From assembly GCA_937952215.1 (NCBI GenBank), contig CALFZH010000008.1, positions 34,661 to 98,660 on the forward strand: a stretch of 64,000 nucleotides of DNA. Direction: 5' to 3'. How positions within the stretch are numbered: position 1 is the first letter of the stretch; the number at the start of each line of letters is the position of its first letter. The position numbers and the translations under genes were made by a program. A model generated the notes under the pieces. That model was not told the DNA's origin, did no database searches, and saw only the letters and a program-made list of their open reading frames with translations. Of the stretch, positions 55,914-64,000 are shown piece by piece. Source of the DNA: an uncultured bacterium (GTDB lineage: Bacteria; Planctomycetota; UBA1135; UBA2386).

Positions 55914-57128
55914 TCACGCCTTCTTCGGCTCGACGACCCAGCGGTGCGGCTGCAGGAAGAGCCCGACGTCCTTCGTGCGGTTGGCGACGATCAGGTTCTG
56001 CGACGCGGGCCGCTCCTCGAAGCGGTGCACGCCGTTCTCGTCGAACAGCCAGATCGGCACCGTGAACTCTCCGGACAGCAGGCTCAGCCCGTCCAGGAAC
56101 AGGGTCACGTAGCCCTCCGCGAAGTCGACGGTGACGCCCGCGAACTGCGTCGTGTGGCCGAAGCAGAGCGTGCCGTCGGTGCGCATCGCGCCGACCGCTA
56201 CGACGAGCTTCTCGCGCGTCGGGTTCTTCACGTGCACGCGCACCGCGGCGGGATCGCCGGGCGAGAAGCGGTTGCGCGGCTGGCCGGACGCCGGGTCGAT
56301 GATCGTGCCATCGACGACGTGCGGCAGGTTGGAGCGTCCCTTCGTCTCGGCCTGCGGCGTGTCGCGGAACGGCACGGGGTCGCCCGCGCCTTCGGCGATC
56401 TTGTTCTCGTAGGTCGCGTACTCGTTGGTGACCGTGATCGCGTCGGCGAGCATCTGCATGCGACCCTGCCGCATCCAGATCGCGTGCTCGCAGATCTGTC
56501 GCACGTCGTAGAGCGAGTGCGAGCAGAAGAACATCGACTTGCCGCGCTTCTTGTAGTCGAAGATCTTGTCGACGCACTTGCGCCGGAAGTTCATGTCGCC
56601 GACCGCGAGGATCTCGTCGATGATCAGCAGGTCGGGGTCGGTCGCGACCGCGACCGAGAAGCCGAGGCGGGCCGCCATGCCGGACGAGTAGGTGCGCACC
56701 GGCGCGTGGATGAAGTCGCCGAGTTCGCTGAAGTCGACGATCTCCTGGTACTTCTTCTGCGCCTCCTTGCGCGAGAAGCCCATCATCGCCGCGTTCATGA
56801 ACACGTTCTCGCGGCCGGTGAAGCCCATGTGGAACCCGGCGCCGAGCTCGAGCAGGCTGGTCACGCGCCCGCGCACCGAGTAGCTGCCGGACGTGGGGTA
56901 GGTCGTGCCGCTCAGCACCTTCAGCAGGGTCGACTTGCCTGCACCATTGGTGCCGACGAGGCCCATGCACTCGCCGGGCTGCACCGCGAACGAGACGTCC
57001 TGCAGGGCCAGCACCTCACGGTGCCGCGGCCGCTTGTTCCACGGCATCTTCTCCAGCAGCTGATGGTACGGGTTCCCGTAGAGCCGGTAGGTCTTGCTGA
57101 GGTTCCGGGCTTCGATGACGGGTTCCAT
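55914..57128 (-). CDS. ABC-2 exporter ATP-binding protein (Wzt/TagH-like) with a C-terminal extension of about 150 aa
   Basis: Walker A is GTNGAGKST, signature is YSSGMAARL, Walker B is LLIIDE, followed by the H-loop. Residues from about 250 to 404 form an extra beta-rich domain. The start lies 5 nt after the cysNC stop. Confidence 0.9.
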   Translation of the reverse strand: MEPVIEARNLSKTYRLYGNPYHQLLEKMPWNKRPRHREVLALQDVSFAVQPGECMGLVGTNGAGKSTLLKVLSGTTYPTSGSYSVRGRVTSLLELGAGFHMGFTGRENVFMNAAMMGFSRKEAQKKYQEIVDFSELGDFIHAPVRTYSSGMAARLGFSVAVATDPDLLIIDEILAVGDMNFRRKCVDKIFDYKKRGKSMFFCSHSLYDVRQICEHAIWMRQGRMQMLADAITVTNEYATYENKIAEGAGDPVPFRDTPQAETKGRSNLPHVVDGTIIDPASGQPRNRFSPGDPAAVRVHVKNPTREKLVVAVGAMRTDGTLCFGHTTQFAGVTVDFAEGYVTLFLDGLSLLSGEFTVPIWLFDENGVHRFEERPASQNLIVANRTKDVGLFLQPHRWVVEPKKA

Positions 57129-57133
57129 GGCGA

Positions 57134-59077
57134 TCAGCGCAGCAGGCCGCGACTGCGCAGCAGCTCGAGCACTCGCTGCACGTTGGCGTCGACGCCGACG
57201 TTGACGGTGTCGAGCGTGATCGCCGGCTGCTCCGGTGCCTCGTAGGGCGCGTCGACGCCGGTGACGTTCGCGATCTCGCCGGCGCGCGCTCGCGCGTAGA
57301 GACCGTCGCGGTCGCGAGCCTCGCAGGCGGCGAGCGGGGCGTCGCAGAACACTTCGAGGAAGCGGTCGGCGCCGACGATCGCGCGCGCCTCGGCACGCTC
57401 GAAGCGCAGCGGCGACACCAGGGCGACGATCGTGCTGATGCCCTGCGCCAGGTTGAGCTTGGCGATCTCCGCGGCGCGGCGCTGGTTCTCCCAGCGGTCG
57501 GAGCCCCCGAAGCCGAGGTCGCGGTTGAGGCCGGCACGCAGCAGTTCGCCGTCGAGCACCGTCACGTGGCGGTTGCCGTCGAACAGCGCCTTCTCGAGCG
57601 CGTAGGCGACCGACGACTTGCCCGATCGCGGCAGGCCGGTGATCCAGGCCACGAACGGCTGTTGCCCGAGGCGCGCCTGGCGGGCCTCCGGCGTGACCAG
57701 GCGCTTGTGCTGCAGTCGCACGTTGCTGCCGGCGTCGGCGGCGCCGCGGCGACGGCGCGTCGTGTCGTCGGCGCTCCGGCGTTCGACGATCATGCCTGCG
57801 CCCACGGTGGCGTTGTGCATGCGGTCGATCAGGATGAACGACCCGGTCGCGCGGTTCTTGGCGTAGTCGTCGGCGGCCAGCGGCCGCGCGGTCTCGAGGC
57901 GGATGCGTCCGACCTCGTTCATCTGCAGCGCGTCGGCGCCTTCGCGGTGCAGCGTGCCGACGTTGATGCGGTAGCGCAGGTCGGTGACGGCTGCCGACGT
58001 CTGCTGCGTCGTCTGCTTGATCAGGTACTGCTTGCCGGCCTGCAGCGGCTGCTCGTGGAACCACACGACCATCGCCTCGACCGCGTTGTCGAGGGCCGGC
58101 GCGTTGTTCGGACTCACCAGCATGTCGCCGCGGCTGCAGTCGACTTCGTCCTCGAGCGTCACCACGACCGCCATCGGCGCCCACGCCTCCGGGATCGTGC
58201 CCTCGAAGGTGTGGATCGCCTTGACCTTGGTCTGCTTGCCGCTCGGCACGATCGCGACGGTGTCGCCCTTGCGGATCACGCCCGACGCGATGGTGCCGGC
58301 GAAGCCGCGGAAGTCGAGGTTCGGCCGCAGCACGTGCTGCACCGGGAAGCGCAGGTCGACGAGGTTGCGGTCGCTCGCGACGTGAACGGTCTCGAGATGG
58401 TCGAGCAGCGGGCTGCCCTGGAACCACGGCATCGAGGCGCCGCGGAACACCACGTTCTCGCCCTTCAGCGCCGACATCGGGATGAAGTGGATGTCGCGCA
58501 CCTGCAGGCGCGTCGCGAACTCCGAGTAGGCGCTGCGGATCTCCTGGAAGCGCGACTCGCTCCAGCCGACCAGGTCCATCTTGTTGACCGCGACGACGAA
58601 GTGCTGGATGCCGAGCAGCGAGCAGATGAACGAGTGCCGCCGCGTCTGCTCGAGCACACCGTGGCGCGCGTCGATCAGGATGATCGCGAGGTCGCAGTTG
58701 GACGCGCCGGTCGCCATGTTGCGCGTGTACTGCACGTGGCCTGGCGTGTCGGCGATGATGAACTTGCGGCGGTCGGTCGCGAAGTAGCGATGCGCGACGT
58801 CGATCGTGATGCCCTGCTCGCGTTCGGCCTGCAGGCCGTCGACCAGCAGCGCCAGGTCGACTTCCTCGCCGGTGGTGCCGAAGCGCGCCGACGCCTTCTT
58901 GGTCGCCGCCATCACGTCGTCGTGCACCGTCTGGCTGTCGTAGAGCAGGCGGCCGATCAGCGTCGACTTGCCGTCGTCGACGCTGCCGCAGGTCAGCAGG
59001 CGCAGCATCTCGCGCTGGCCGTAGCGGGCGAGGTACTGCTCGATGCCGAGTTCGTCGAGTTTCTGTGCGTAGCTCAT
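57134..59077 (-). CDS. cysN: Sulfate adenylyltransferase subunit 1 (CysN GTPase) fused to an APS-kinase-like domain (NodQ-type architecture)
   Basis: GTPase motifs are GSVDDGKST, DTPGH and NKMD. The C-terminal domain reads WITGLPRSGKSSVA...LDGELLRAGLNRDLGFGGSDRWENQRR, so the P-loop and DGD motifs diverge from canonical CysC. Confidence 0.92.
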   Translation of the reverse strand: MSYAQKLDELGIEQYLARYGQREMLRLLTCGSVDDGKSTLIGRLLYDSQTVHDDVMAATKKASARFGTTGEEVDLALLVDGLQAEREQGITIDVAHRYFATDRRKFIIADTPGHVQYTRNMATGASNCDLAIILIDARHGVLEQTRRHSFICSLLGIQHFVVAVNKMDLVGWSESRFQEIRSAYSEFATRLQVRDIHFIPMSALKGENVVFRGASMPWFQGSPLLDHLETVHVASDRNLVDLRFPVQHVLRPNLDFRGFAGTIASGVIRKGDTVAIVPSGKQTKVKAIHTFEGTIPEAWAPMAVVVTLEDEVDCSRGDMLVSPNNAPALDNAVEAMVVWFHEQPLQAGKQYLIKQTTQQTSAAVTDLRYRINVGTLHREGADALQMNEVGRIRLETARPLAADDYAKNRATGSFILIDRMHNATVGAGMIVERRSADDTTRRRRGAADAGSNVRLQHKRLVTPEARQARLGQQPFVAWITGLPRSGKSSVAYALEKALFDGNRHVTVLDGELLRAGLNRDLGFGGSDRWENQRRAAEIAKLNLAQGISTIVALVSPLRFERAEARAIVGADRFLEVFCDAPLAACEARDRDGLYARARAGEIANVTGVDAPYEAPEQPAITLDTVNVGVDANVQRVLELLRSRGLLR

Positions 59078-59985
59078 CAGAAGTAGCCCTCCCGCTTCTT
59101 CTGCTCCATCGAGCCGCCTTCGTCGAAGTCGATCACGCGGCCCTGCCGTTCGCTGTCGCGGCTGCGCAGCATCTCCTCGATGATCTTCGGCAGCGTGTCG
59201 GCGTTGCTCTCGATCGCGCCGGTCAGCGGATAGCAGCCGAGCGTGCGGAAGCGGACCATCTTGATCTCGGGCTTCTCACCGGGGTTCAGCGGCATGCGGT
59301 CGTCGTCGACCATGATCCAGGTGCCGCCGCGCTTGACCACCGGTCGTGGCTTGGCGAAGTAGAGCGGCACCATCGGCAGCTTCTCCTTGTGCACGTAGAG
59401 CCAGACGTCGAGTTCGGTCCAGTTGCTGAGCGGGAAGACGCGGATCGACTCGCCCTTCGCCACGCGGCAGTTGTAGAGGTTCCACAGCTCGGGCCGTTGG
59501 TTCTTCGGGTCCCACTGGTGGAAGCGGTCGCGGAAGCTGAACACGCGCTCCTTGGCGCGGCTCTTCTCCTCGTCGCGGCGCGCGCCGCCGAACGCGGCGT
59601 CGAACTGCCCGGCGGAGAGCGCCTGCTTGAGCCCTTCGGTCTTCATCACGTGCGTGTGGCGCTGCGTGCCGTGCACGAACGGGTTGATGTCGTCGCGCAC
59701 GCCGTCGGGGTTGATCCACTCGATGAAGTCGAGTCCGTACTCCTTCACGATCCAGTCGCGGAACGTGATCATCTCGCGGAACTTCCACCGCGTGTTCACG
59801 TGCAGCACCTTGAACGGGATTCGCGCCGGCGCGAACGCCTTCTGCGCGAGCCGCAGCATCACGCCGCTGTCCTTGCCGATCGAGTAGAGCATCACCGGCC
59901 GTTCGAACTCGGCGGCGACCTCGCGGATGATCTGGATGCTCTCGTGTTCGAGCTGCTCCAGGTGGGAGAGCGCGTAGTTGGTCAT
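59077..59985 (-). CDS. cysD: Sulfate adenylyltransferase subunit 2
   Basis: [57 protein letters not shown] and LGCYPLTGA. The stop overlaps the cysN ATG by 1 nt. Confidence 0.96.
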   Translation of the reverse strand: MTNYALSHLEQLEHESIQIIREVAAEFERPVMLYSIGKDSGVMLRLAQKAFAPARIPFKVLHVNTRWKFREMITFRDWIVKEYGLDFIEWINPDGVRDDINPFVHGTQRHTHVMKTEGLKQALSAGQFDAAFGGARRDEEKSRAKERVFSFRDRFHQWDPKNQRPELWNLYNCRVAKGESIRVFPLSNWTELDVWLYVHKEKLPMVPLYFAKPRPVVKRGGTWIMVDDDRMPLNPGEKPEIKMVRFRTLGCYPLTGAIESNADTLPKIIEEMLRSRDSERQGRVIDFDEGGSMEQKKREGYF

Positions 59986-60605
59986 GGCGCGGTGGGCGTG
60001 GTCGGCGGCGCGAGCAGGCCGCGGCCGTGCAGGAAAGCGAGCAGAGCGTCGACGGAACGAGCGAGCGGCGCGTCGTTCGCGAGGCGCAGTTCGGGGCGCT
60101 CGGGCGCCTCGTAGGGCGAACTGATGCCGGTGAATTCCGGGATCGCGCCGGCCCGGGCCTTCGCGTAGAGGCCCTTCGGGTCGCGCGCCTCGCAGGTCGC
60201 GAGCGGAACGTCGACGAAGATCTCGAGGAAGTCGGCGCCGATCACGGCGCGCGCCGCAGCGCGGTCGGCGCGGAACGGCGAGATGAACGCGGTCAGGACC
60301 AGGACGCCGGCGTCCGCCATCAGGGCGGCGACGTGGCTGATGCGGCGGATGTTCTCGCTGCGATCCGCGGCGGAGAAGCCGAGGTCGGCGCACAGTCCGT
60401 GGCGCACGTTGTCACCATCGAGCACGTAGACGAGCCGGCCGGCGGCAGCGAGACGTTCCTCGAGCGCGCGCGCGACCGTCGACTTGCCGGAGCCCGACAG
60501 CCCGGTGAACCACAGCACGGCGCCGCGCTGGCGCAGCAGGCGCTCGCGATCGGCGCGGTGCACGGTGCCGTCGTGGCGGCGGAGGTTCTTGCTGGGCTCG
60601 GTCAT
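59982..60605 (-). CDS. cysC: Adenylyl-sulfate (APS) kinase, canonical
   Basis: [45 protein letters not shown] and [13 protein letters not shown] overlap with cysD. Confidence 0.95.
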   Translation of the reverse strand: MTEPSKNLRRHDGTVHRADRERLLRQRGAVLWFTGLSGSGKSTVARALEERLAAAGRLVYVLDGDNVRHGLCADLGFSAADRSENIRRISHVAALMADAGVLVLTAFISPFRADRAAARAVIGADFLEIFVDVPLATCEARDPKGLYAKARAGAIPEFTGISSPYEAPERPELRLANDAPLARSVDALLAFLHGRGLLAPPTTPTAP

Positions 60606-61019
60606 CGCGGGCGGTTCGCCCGATCGGGGCGAGCAGGGTCGGTATCGCGAGCCCTGGTGTCAACCGTGCATCGGCCAGCGCGGGCTGCCGGCTGCATTCG
60701 CGCGTTGCCGTCGCCGCACGTCCGGTGCCACGGCGGTTCTCGCGGCACGAGACCTCTGGCACCGAGGCTGCACTGCCCGGGTGGGCGAACGGCGGTCTGC
60801 ACGTGGTCGCCTCAGGCGACCGGATTCGTCAGAAACAGGTCGTCCAAGGAGACCGGAATCCCGACCGCTTCGCGCGATCCGCCACCGCGGCGGTGGCCGT
60901 TGCGGTCCGCACGCACGACGGACCAAGGGCGTCCCTTTTCTCTTGGCTGGCAGCGCGGAAGTGTCGCCTTGGGACCTGCGCCTCGGCGCCTCTTCCGCGC
61001 CACGCAAAGAACCTCCGCC

Positions 61020-62549
61020 ATGCGAACCCTCCCCCTGTTTGTTGTCCTCGCCATCGCCTCCAGCGCCTTGGCCCAGACCACGGTCTATTCGAACTCCACG
61101 CCGCGCGCGGACGCGACGGTCATCGCCGGCAGCAACATCGGCGCCCCGGGCCTGGTCTACTGGGGTGGTTGGGCAACCGACGGTGCGCGCATGTTCAACC
61201 TCGGCGGCCGCGGCGTGAATGCTGCCGGCGACGCGCAGAGCACCTACTTCAACCGGCTCGATGCCTACAACCCGACGACGAACACCTGGACCAACCTGTC
61301 GGCGCAGGGTGCCGCGGGCGCGCCGTCGAACCGCTTCCGCATGGCGATGGCCTACGACCCGACGGCCAACCGCCTGGTCGTCTTCGGGGGCTCGCCCAGC
61401 CCTGGCGTTCCGCTCGCCGACTGCTTCGCGTTCGACCTGACGCTCAACACCTGGAGCGCGATCCCGAATCCCACGCCGGGTACGACCGGTCCGACGGCTC
61501 GTTGGGACGCGACGATGCAGTTCGACGCGGTACTCGGCGGTCTGTTGCTGTTCGGCGGCCAGACCGTGAACACACCGGCCACGCGATCCAACGAGACGTG
61601 GCTGCTCGCCGGCACCACCTGGGTGCAACTCACGCCCACGACCAGCCCGTCGGCCCGCGCCCTGCACTCGATGACGGCACGGTCGGCGCCCTACAACGAC
61701 ATCCTGGTGATCGCGGGCCAGGACGCCGGTGGCAACCTGAACGACACCTGGCGTTGGGACGCCGCCGCCCTGACCTGGGTGCAGGTCACGCCGATCAACA
61801 ACACCGTCCCGGTCACCTGGTCGAGCGGGGAAGGTGCGGTCTACGACTCGGTGCGCAAGGTCGTGACGATTCTCGGCGGCACCGGCACCGGCATCGCGCC
61901 GTCGAACTCCACCGCGGGGAACGGCTGGGTCAGCGAGTACGACTGCGTGAAGAACGAGTGGCGGGCCTTCGGCAACAACACGGTGACGCAGAACACCTCG
62001 CACCCGGTGTGGGGGCAGGTGCAGCGGAAGTGCATGGCCTTCCTGAACGGCAAGACCTACTTCTGGGGCGGTCAGAATCCGCCGACGATCGGCGACTCGA
62101 CCCTGGCCTTCGTGAAGGAGTACCAGGCGAACCCCGTGGCCACGGCCACGTCGTACGGGACCGGCTGCTCGGGCCCGGGCGGCCTGCTCTCGTGCGTCGC
62201 CAACGACCGGCCGTGGACCGGCCGCACGTGGTCGGCCACTTGCTCGGGCCTCGGGACCTCGACGTACGCGGTTCCCGCGTGGGGATTCAGCACCACGTCG
62301 CTGCCGCTGAGCACCGTCTTCCCGGCCGCGCCGGTGGGTTGCTGGATGCTCAACTCGGCCGACGTGATCGGCGACGTGGTGGTGCCGATCGGCGGCCAGA
62401 TCACGACCTCGTTGCCGCTCCCGTACGTGGCTTCGCTCGCGGGGGCCCAGATCAACCTGCAGATTGCGGAGGCCGAACTCGACGTCTTCTTCAACGTCGT
62501 CGGCCTCTACACCTCGAACGGCGTGTCGCTGCTGGTCGGCGCGCTCTAA
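61020..62549 (+). CDS. Secreted Kelch-repeat beta-propeller protein with the shared C-terminal module
   Basis: Signal peptide MRTLPLFVVLAIASSALAQ. Repeats have the pattern (Y/F)D...N.W.......P..R......(Y/F)D......(V/L)(V/L)FGG. Confidence 0.8.
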   Translation: MRTLPLFVVLAIASSALAQTTVYSNSTPRADATVIAGSNIGAPGLVYWGGWATDGARMFNLGGRGVNAAGDAQSTYFNRLDAYNPTTNTWTNLSAQGAAGAPSNRFRMAMAYDPTANRLVVFGGSPSPGVPLADCFAFDLTLNTWSAIPNPTPGTTGPTARWDATMQFDAVLGGLLLFGGQTVNTPATRSNETWLLAGTTWVQLTPTTSPSARALHSMTARSAPYNDILVIAGQDAGGNLNDTWRWDAAALTWVQVTPINNTVPVTWSSGEGAVYDSVRKVVTILGGTGTGIAPSNSTAGNGWVSEYDCVKNEWRAFGNNTVTQNTSHPVWGQVQRKCMAFLNGKTYFWGGQNPPTIGDSTLAFVKEYQANPVATATSYGTGCSGPGGLLSCVANDRPWTGRTWSATCSGLGTSTYAVPAWGFSTTSLPLSTVFPAAPVGCWMLNSADVIGDVVVPIGGQITTSLPLPYVASLAGAQINLQIAEAELDVFFNVVGLYTSNGVSLLVGAL

Positions 62550-62831
62550 CCGGCGTGCGGCCCGGACCGCGATGTTCCGCGCCCGCCGGTCATGCGTCGG
62601 CGGCGCGAACCCGCGTCGTGGACCCGGCTGGGCGGGTGCCTTCCAGGCGACCGTGACCGGCAACCGCGGGCACCCGTTCGCGAACCTGGTGGCCCCGCGA
62701 CATGCCCTGGTTGGTGCCGCCAGCCATCGCGCCGTCGAGCGGCTGTTGGCACCGCGGATCGAATCGCGAAGTCCACGATCCACCGCGCGCTTGCAGATTG
62801 ACGCGGCGGTGCGAGGATCGCGAGGACCCGC

Positions 62832-64000
62832 ATGAAGATCGCATGCATCGGTGGCGGCCCCGCGTCGCTCTACTTCGCCATCCTGCTGAAGAAGCGGCTG
62901 CCCGCGGCGGTGATCGACGTGCACGAGCAGAACCGCGCCGACGACACCTTCGGCCAGGGCGTCGTGTTCTCCGACGAGACGCTCGGCAACTTCGAGACCG
63001 CCGACCCCGAGAGCTTCGCGGCGATCCGCTCGAGCTTCGCCTACTGGACCGACATCGACACCTTCTATCGCGGCGTGAAGGTCACCAGCACCGGCCACGG
63101 CTTCTGCGGGCTCGCCCGCGTGCGGCTGCTGCAGATCCTGCACGAACGCTGCCGGGCGCTCGGCGTGCGGCTGCACTTCCAGAATCCGATCAGCGACTTC
63201 GACGGCGTCACCGCCAGCCACGACCTGGTGGTCGCCGCCGACGGCGTGAACTCGCGCGTGCGCGAGCGCCACGCCGCCGCGTTCCGCCCGCAGCTCGACT
63301 GGCGCAAGTGCAAGTTCGCGTGGTTCGGCACGACCAAGCGCATGAGCGCGTTCACGTTCGTGTTCCAGCCGACCGAGCACGGGCTGTTCCAGGTGCATGC
63401 CTATCCGTTCGAGAGCGGGCGCGGCACCTGGATCGTCGAGTGCCGTGAGGAGACCTGGAAGCGCGCGGGCCTCGATCGGCTCGACGAGCAGCAATCGGCG
63501 GCGTTCTGCGAACGGCTGTTCGCCGAACATCTCGCCGGCGAGAAGCTGCTGATCAACCGCTCGATCTGGCGCACGTTCCCGACCATTCGTTGTGGGTCGT
63601 GGCGGCACGGCAACCTCGTGCTGCTCGGCGATGCCGCGCACACCGCGCACTTCTCGATCGGCTCGGGCACCAAGCTGGCGATGGAGGACGCGATCGCGCT
63701 CGCCGACGCCGTCGCCGCGAACGCGACCGACGTGCCGCGCGCGCTGGCGGCCTACGAGGAGGCGCGGCGGCTCGACGTGCTCAAGGTGCAGCGCGCCGCG
63801 CAGACGAGCCTCGAGTGGTTCGAGAACAGCGAGCGCTACCTGGGCCAGCACCCCGAGCGCTTCGTCTTCAACCTGATGACGCGCAGCCGGCGCATCACCT
63901 ACCGCAATCTGCAGCAGCGCGATCCGGCGCTGGTCGCGCGCGTCGACGCGGTGACCGCGGCGGAGGAGGGGCAGGTGGTCGCGCCGAGCGCGTCGCCAGC
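62832..64000 (+). CDS. FAD-dependent monooxygenase (salicylyl-CoA 5-hydroxylase-like N-terminal domain), 3' end outside the window
   Basis: This gene is not in the ORF track because no stop falls within the window. My translation gives MKIACIGGGPASLYFAILLKK (GxGxxG), VVAADGVNSRVR and LLGDAAHTAHFSIGSGTKLAMEDAIAL. The frame is open for 389 codons to nt 64000. Confidence 0.85.
   Translation, partial: MKIACIGGGPASLYFAILLKKRLPAAVIDVHEQNRADDTFGQGVVFSDETLGNFETADPESFAAIRSSFAYWTDIDTFYRGVKVTSTGHGFCGLARVRLLQILHERCRALGVRLHFQNPISDFDGVTASHDLVVAADGVNSRVRERHAAAFRPQLDWRKCKFAWFGTTKRMSAFTFVFQPTEHGLFQVHAYPFESGRGTWIVECREETWKRAGLDRLDEQQSAAFCERLFAEHLAGEKLLINRSIWRTFPTIRCGSWRHGNLVLLGDAAHTAHFSIGSGTKLAMEDAIALADAVAANATDVPRALAAYEEARRLDVLKVQRAAQTSLEWFENSERYLGQHPERFVFNLMTRSRRITYRNLQQRDPALVARVDAVTAAEEGQVVAPSASP

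Noticed and set aside
60806-60822. Perfect hairpin GGTCGCC-TCA-GGCGACC upstream of the Kelch gene, considered as a terminator.
   Set aside because: There is no U-tract and it lies in a divergent promoter region, so function cannot be inferred.
1-64000. Global reassignment of TGA (code 4/25-like) as an explanation for the in-frame TGAs.
   Set aside because: Many well-supported genes end precisely at TGA at their expected C-termini, often within GTGA/ATGA coupling overlaps (for example 1556, 5398, 22024, 34602, 37150). TGA is therefore a normal stop here and any recoding must be site-specific.

Overview
This is a gene-dense 64-kb segment of about 70% GC. It appears to come from a diderm bacterium, because it encodes lipobox lipoproteins, beta-barrel outer-membrane proteins and a TAT signal. 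The gene content (DUF1800/DUF1501 pair, FG-GAP, PKD, Kelch and PD40-like secreted proteins) resembles Planctomycetota- or Myxococcota-like lineages, but that cannot be proven from the sequence alone. About 50 real CDS are supported. Most very long ORFs in the six-frame track are Arg/Ala/Pro-rich antisense shadows of real genes or run-ons upstream of the true start.

Content from left to right:
- A metal-homeostasis module (1-3.9 kb) with a P1B ATPase, a CorE-like Cys-rich ECF sigma factor, two tandem HMA lipoproteins and a DUF1259 protein.
- A decay or integration scar (3.9-5.4 kb) with a tRNA-Pro 3' fragment, an integrase N-terminal relic and an ABC-F fragment.
- An ion-transport block: a type II P-type ATPase, a K+/H+ antiporter with RCK domains, and a CaCA antiporter, with glgP among them.
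- Many large secreted or surface proteins, a Ser/Thr kinase and outer-membrane barrels.
- A translationally coupled operon of a secreted hypothetical protein, DUF1800, DUF1501 and a HEAT-repeat protein.
- Housekeeping genes glyQ, scpA, rdgB and rph.
- A cysC-cysD-cysNC-wzt operon, with wzm and cysQ adjacent.
- A 3'-truncated FAD monooxygenase gene running off the window end, which is absent from the ORF track.

The most interesting signal is in the two tandem HMA-domain lipoprotein genes (2212-2822, minus strand). Each has an in-frame TGA exactly where the first Cys of the CxxC metal-binding motif belongs, followed by a short hairpin. They are candidate UGGC selenoproteins, and the ORF track hides them because TGA splits each gene into pieces shorter than 60 aa.

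Other notable points:
- A recurrent C-terminal module of about 110 aa is shared by five unrelated secreted proteins.
- An 87-bp duplicated gene start lies next to a chimeric gene relic.
- rph probably initiates at CTG.
- A PAPS-synthesis operon is welded to an ABC-2 glycan exporter ATPase.
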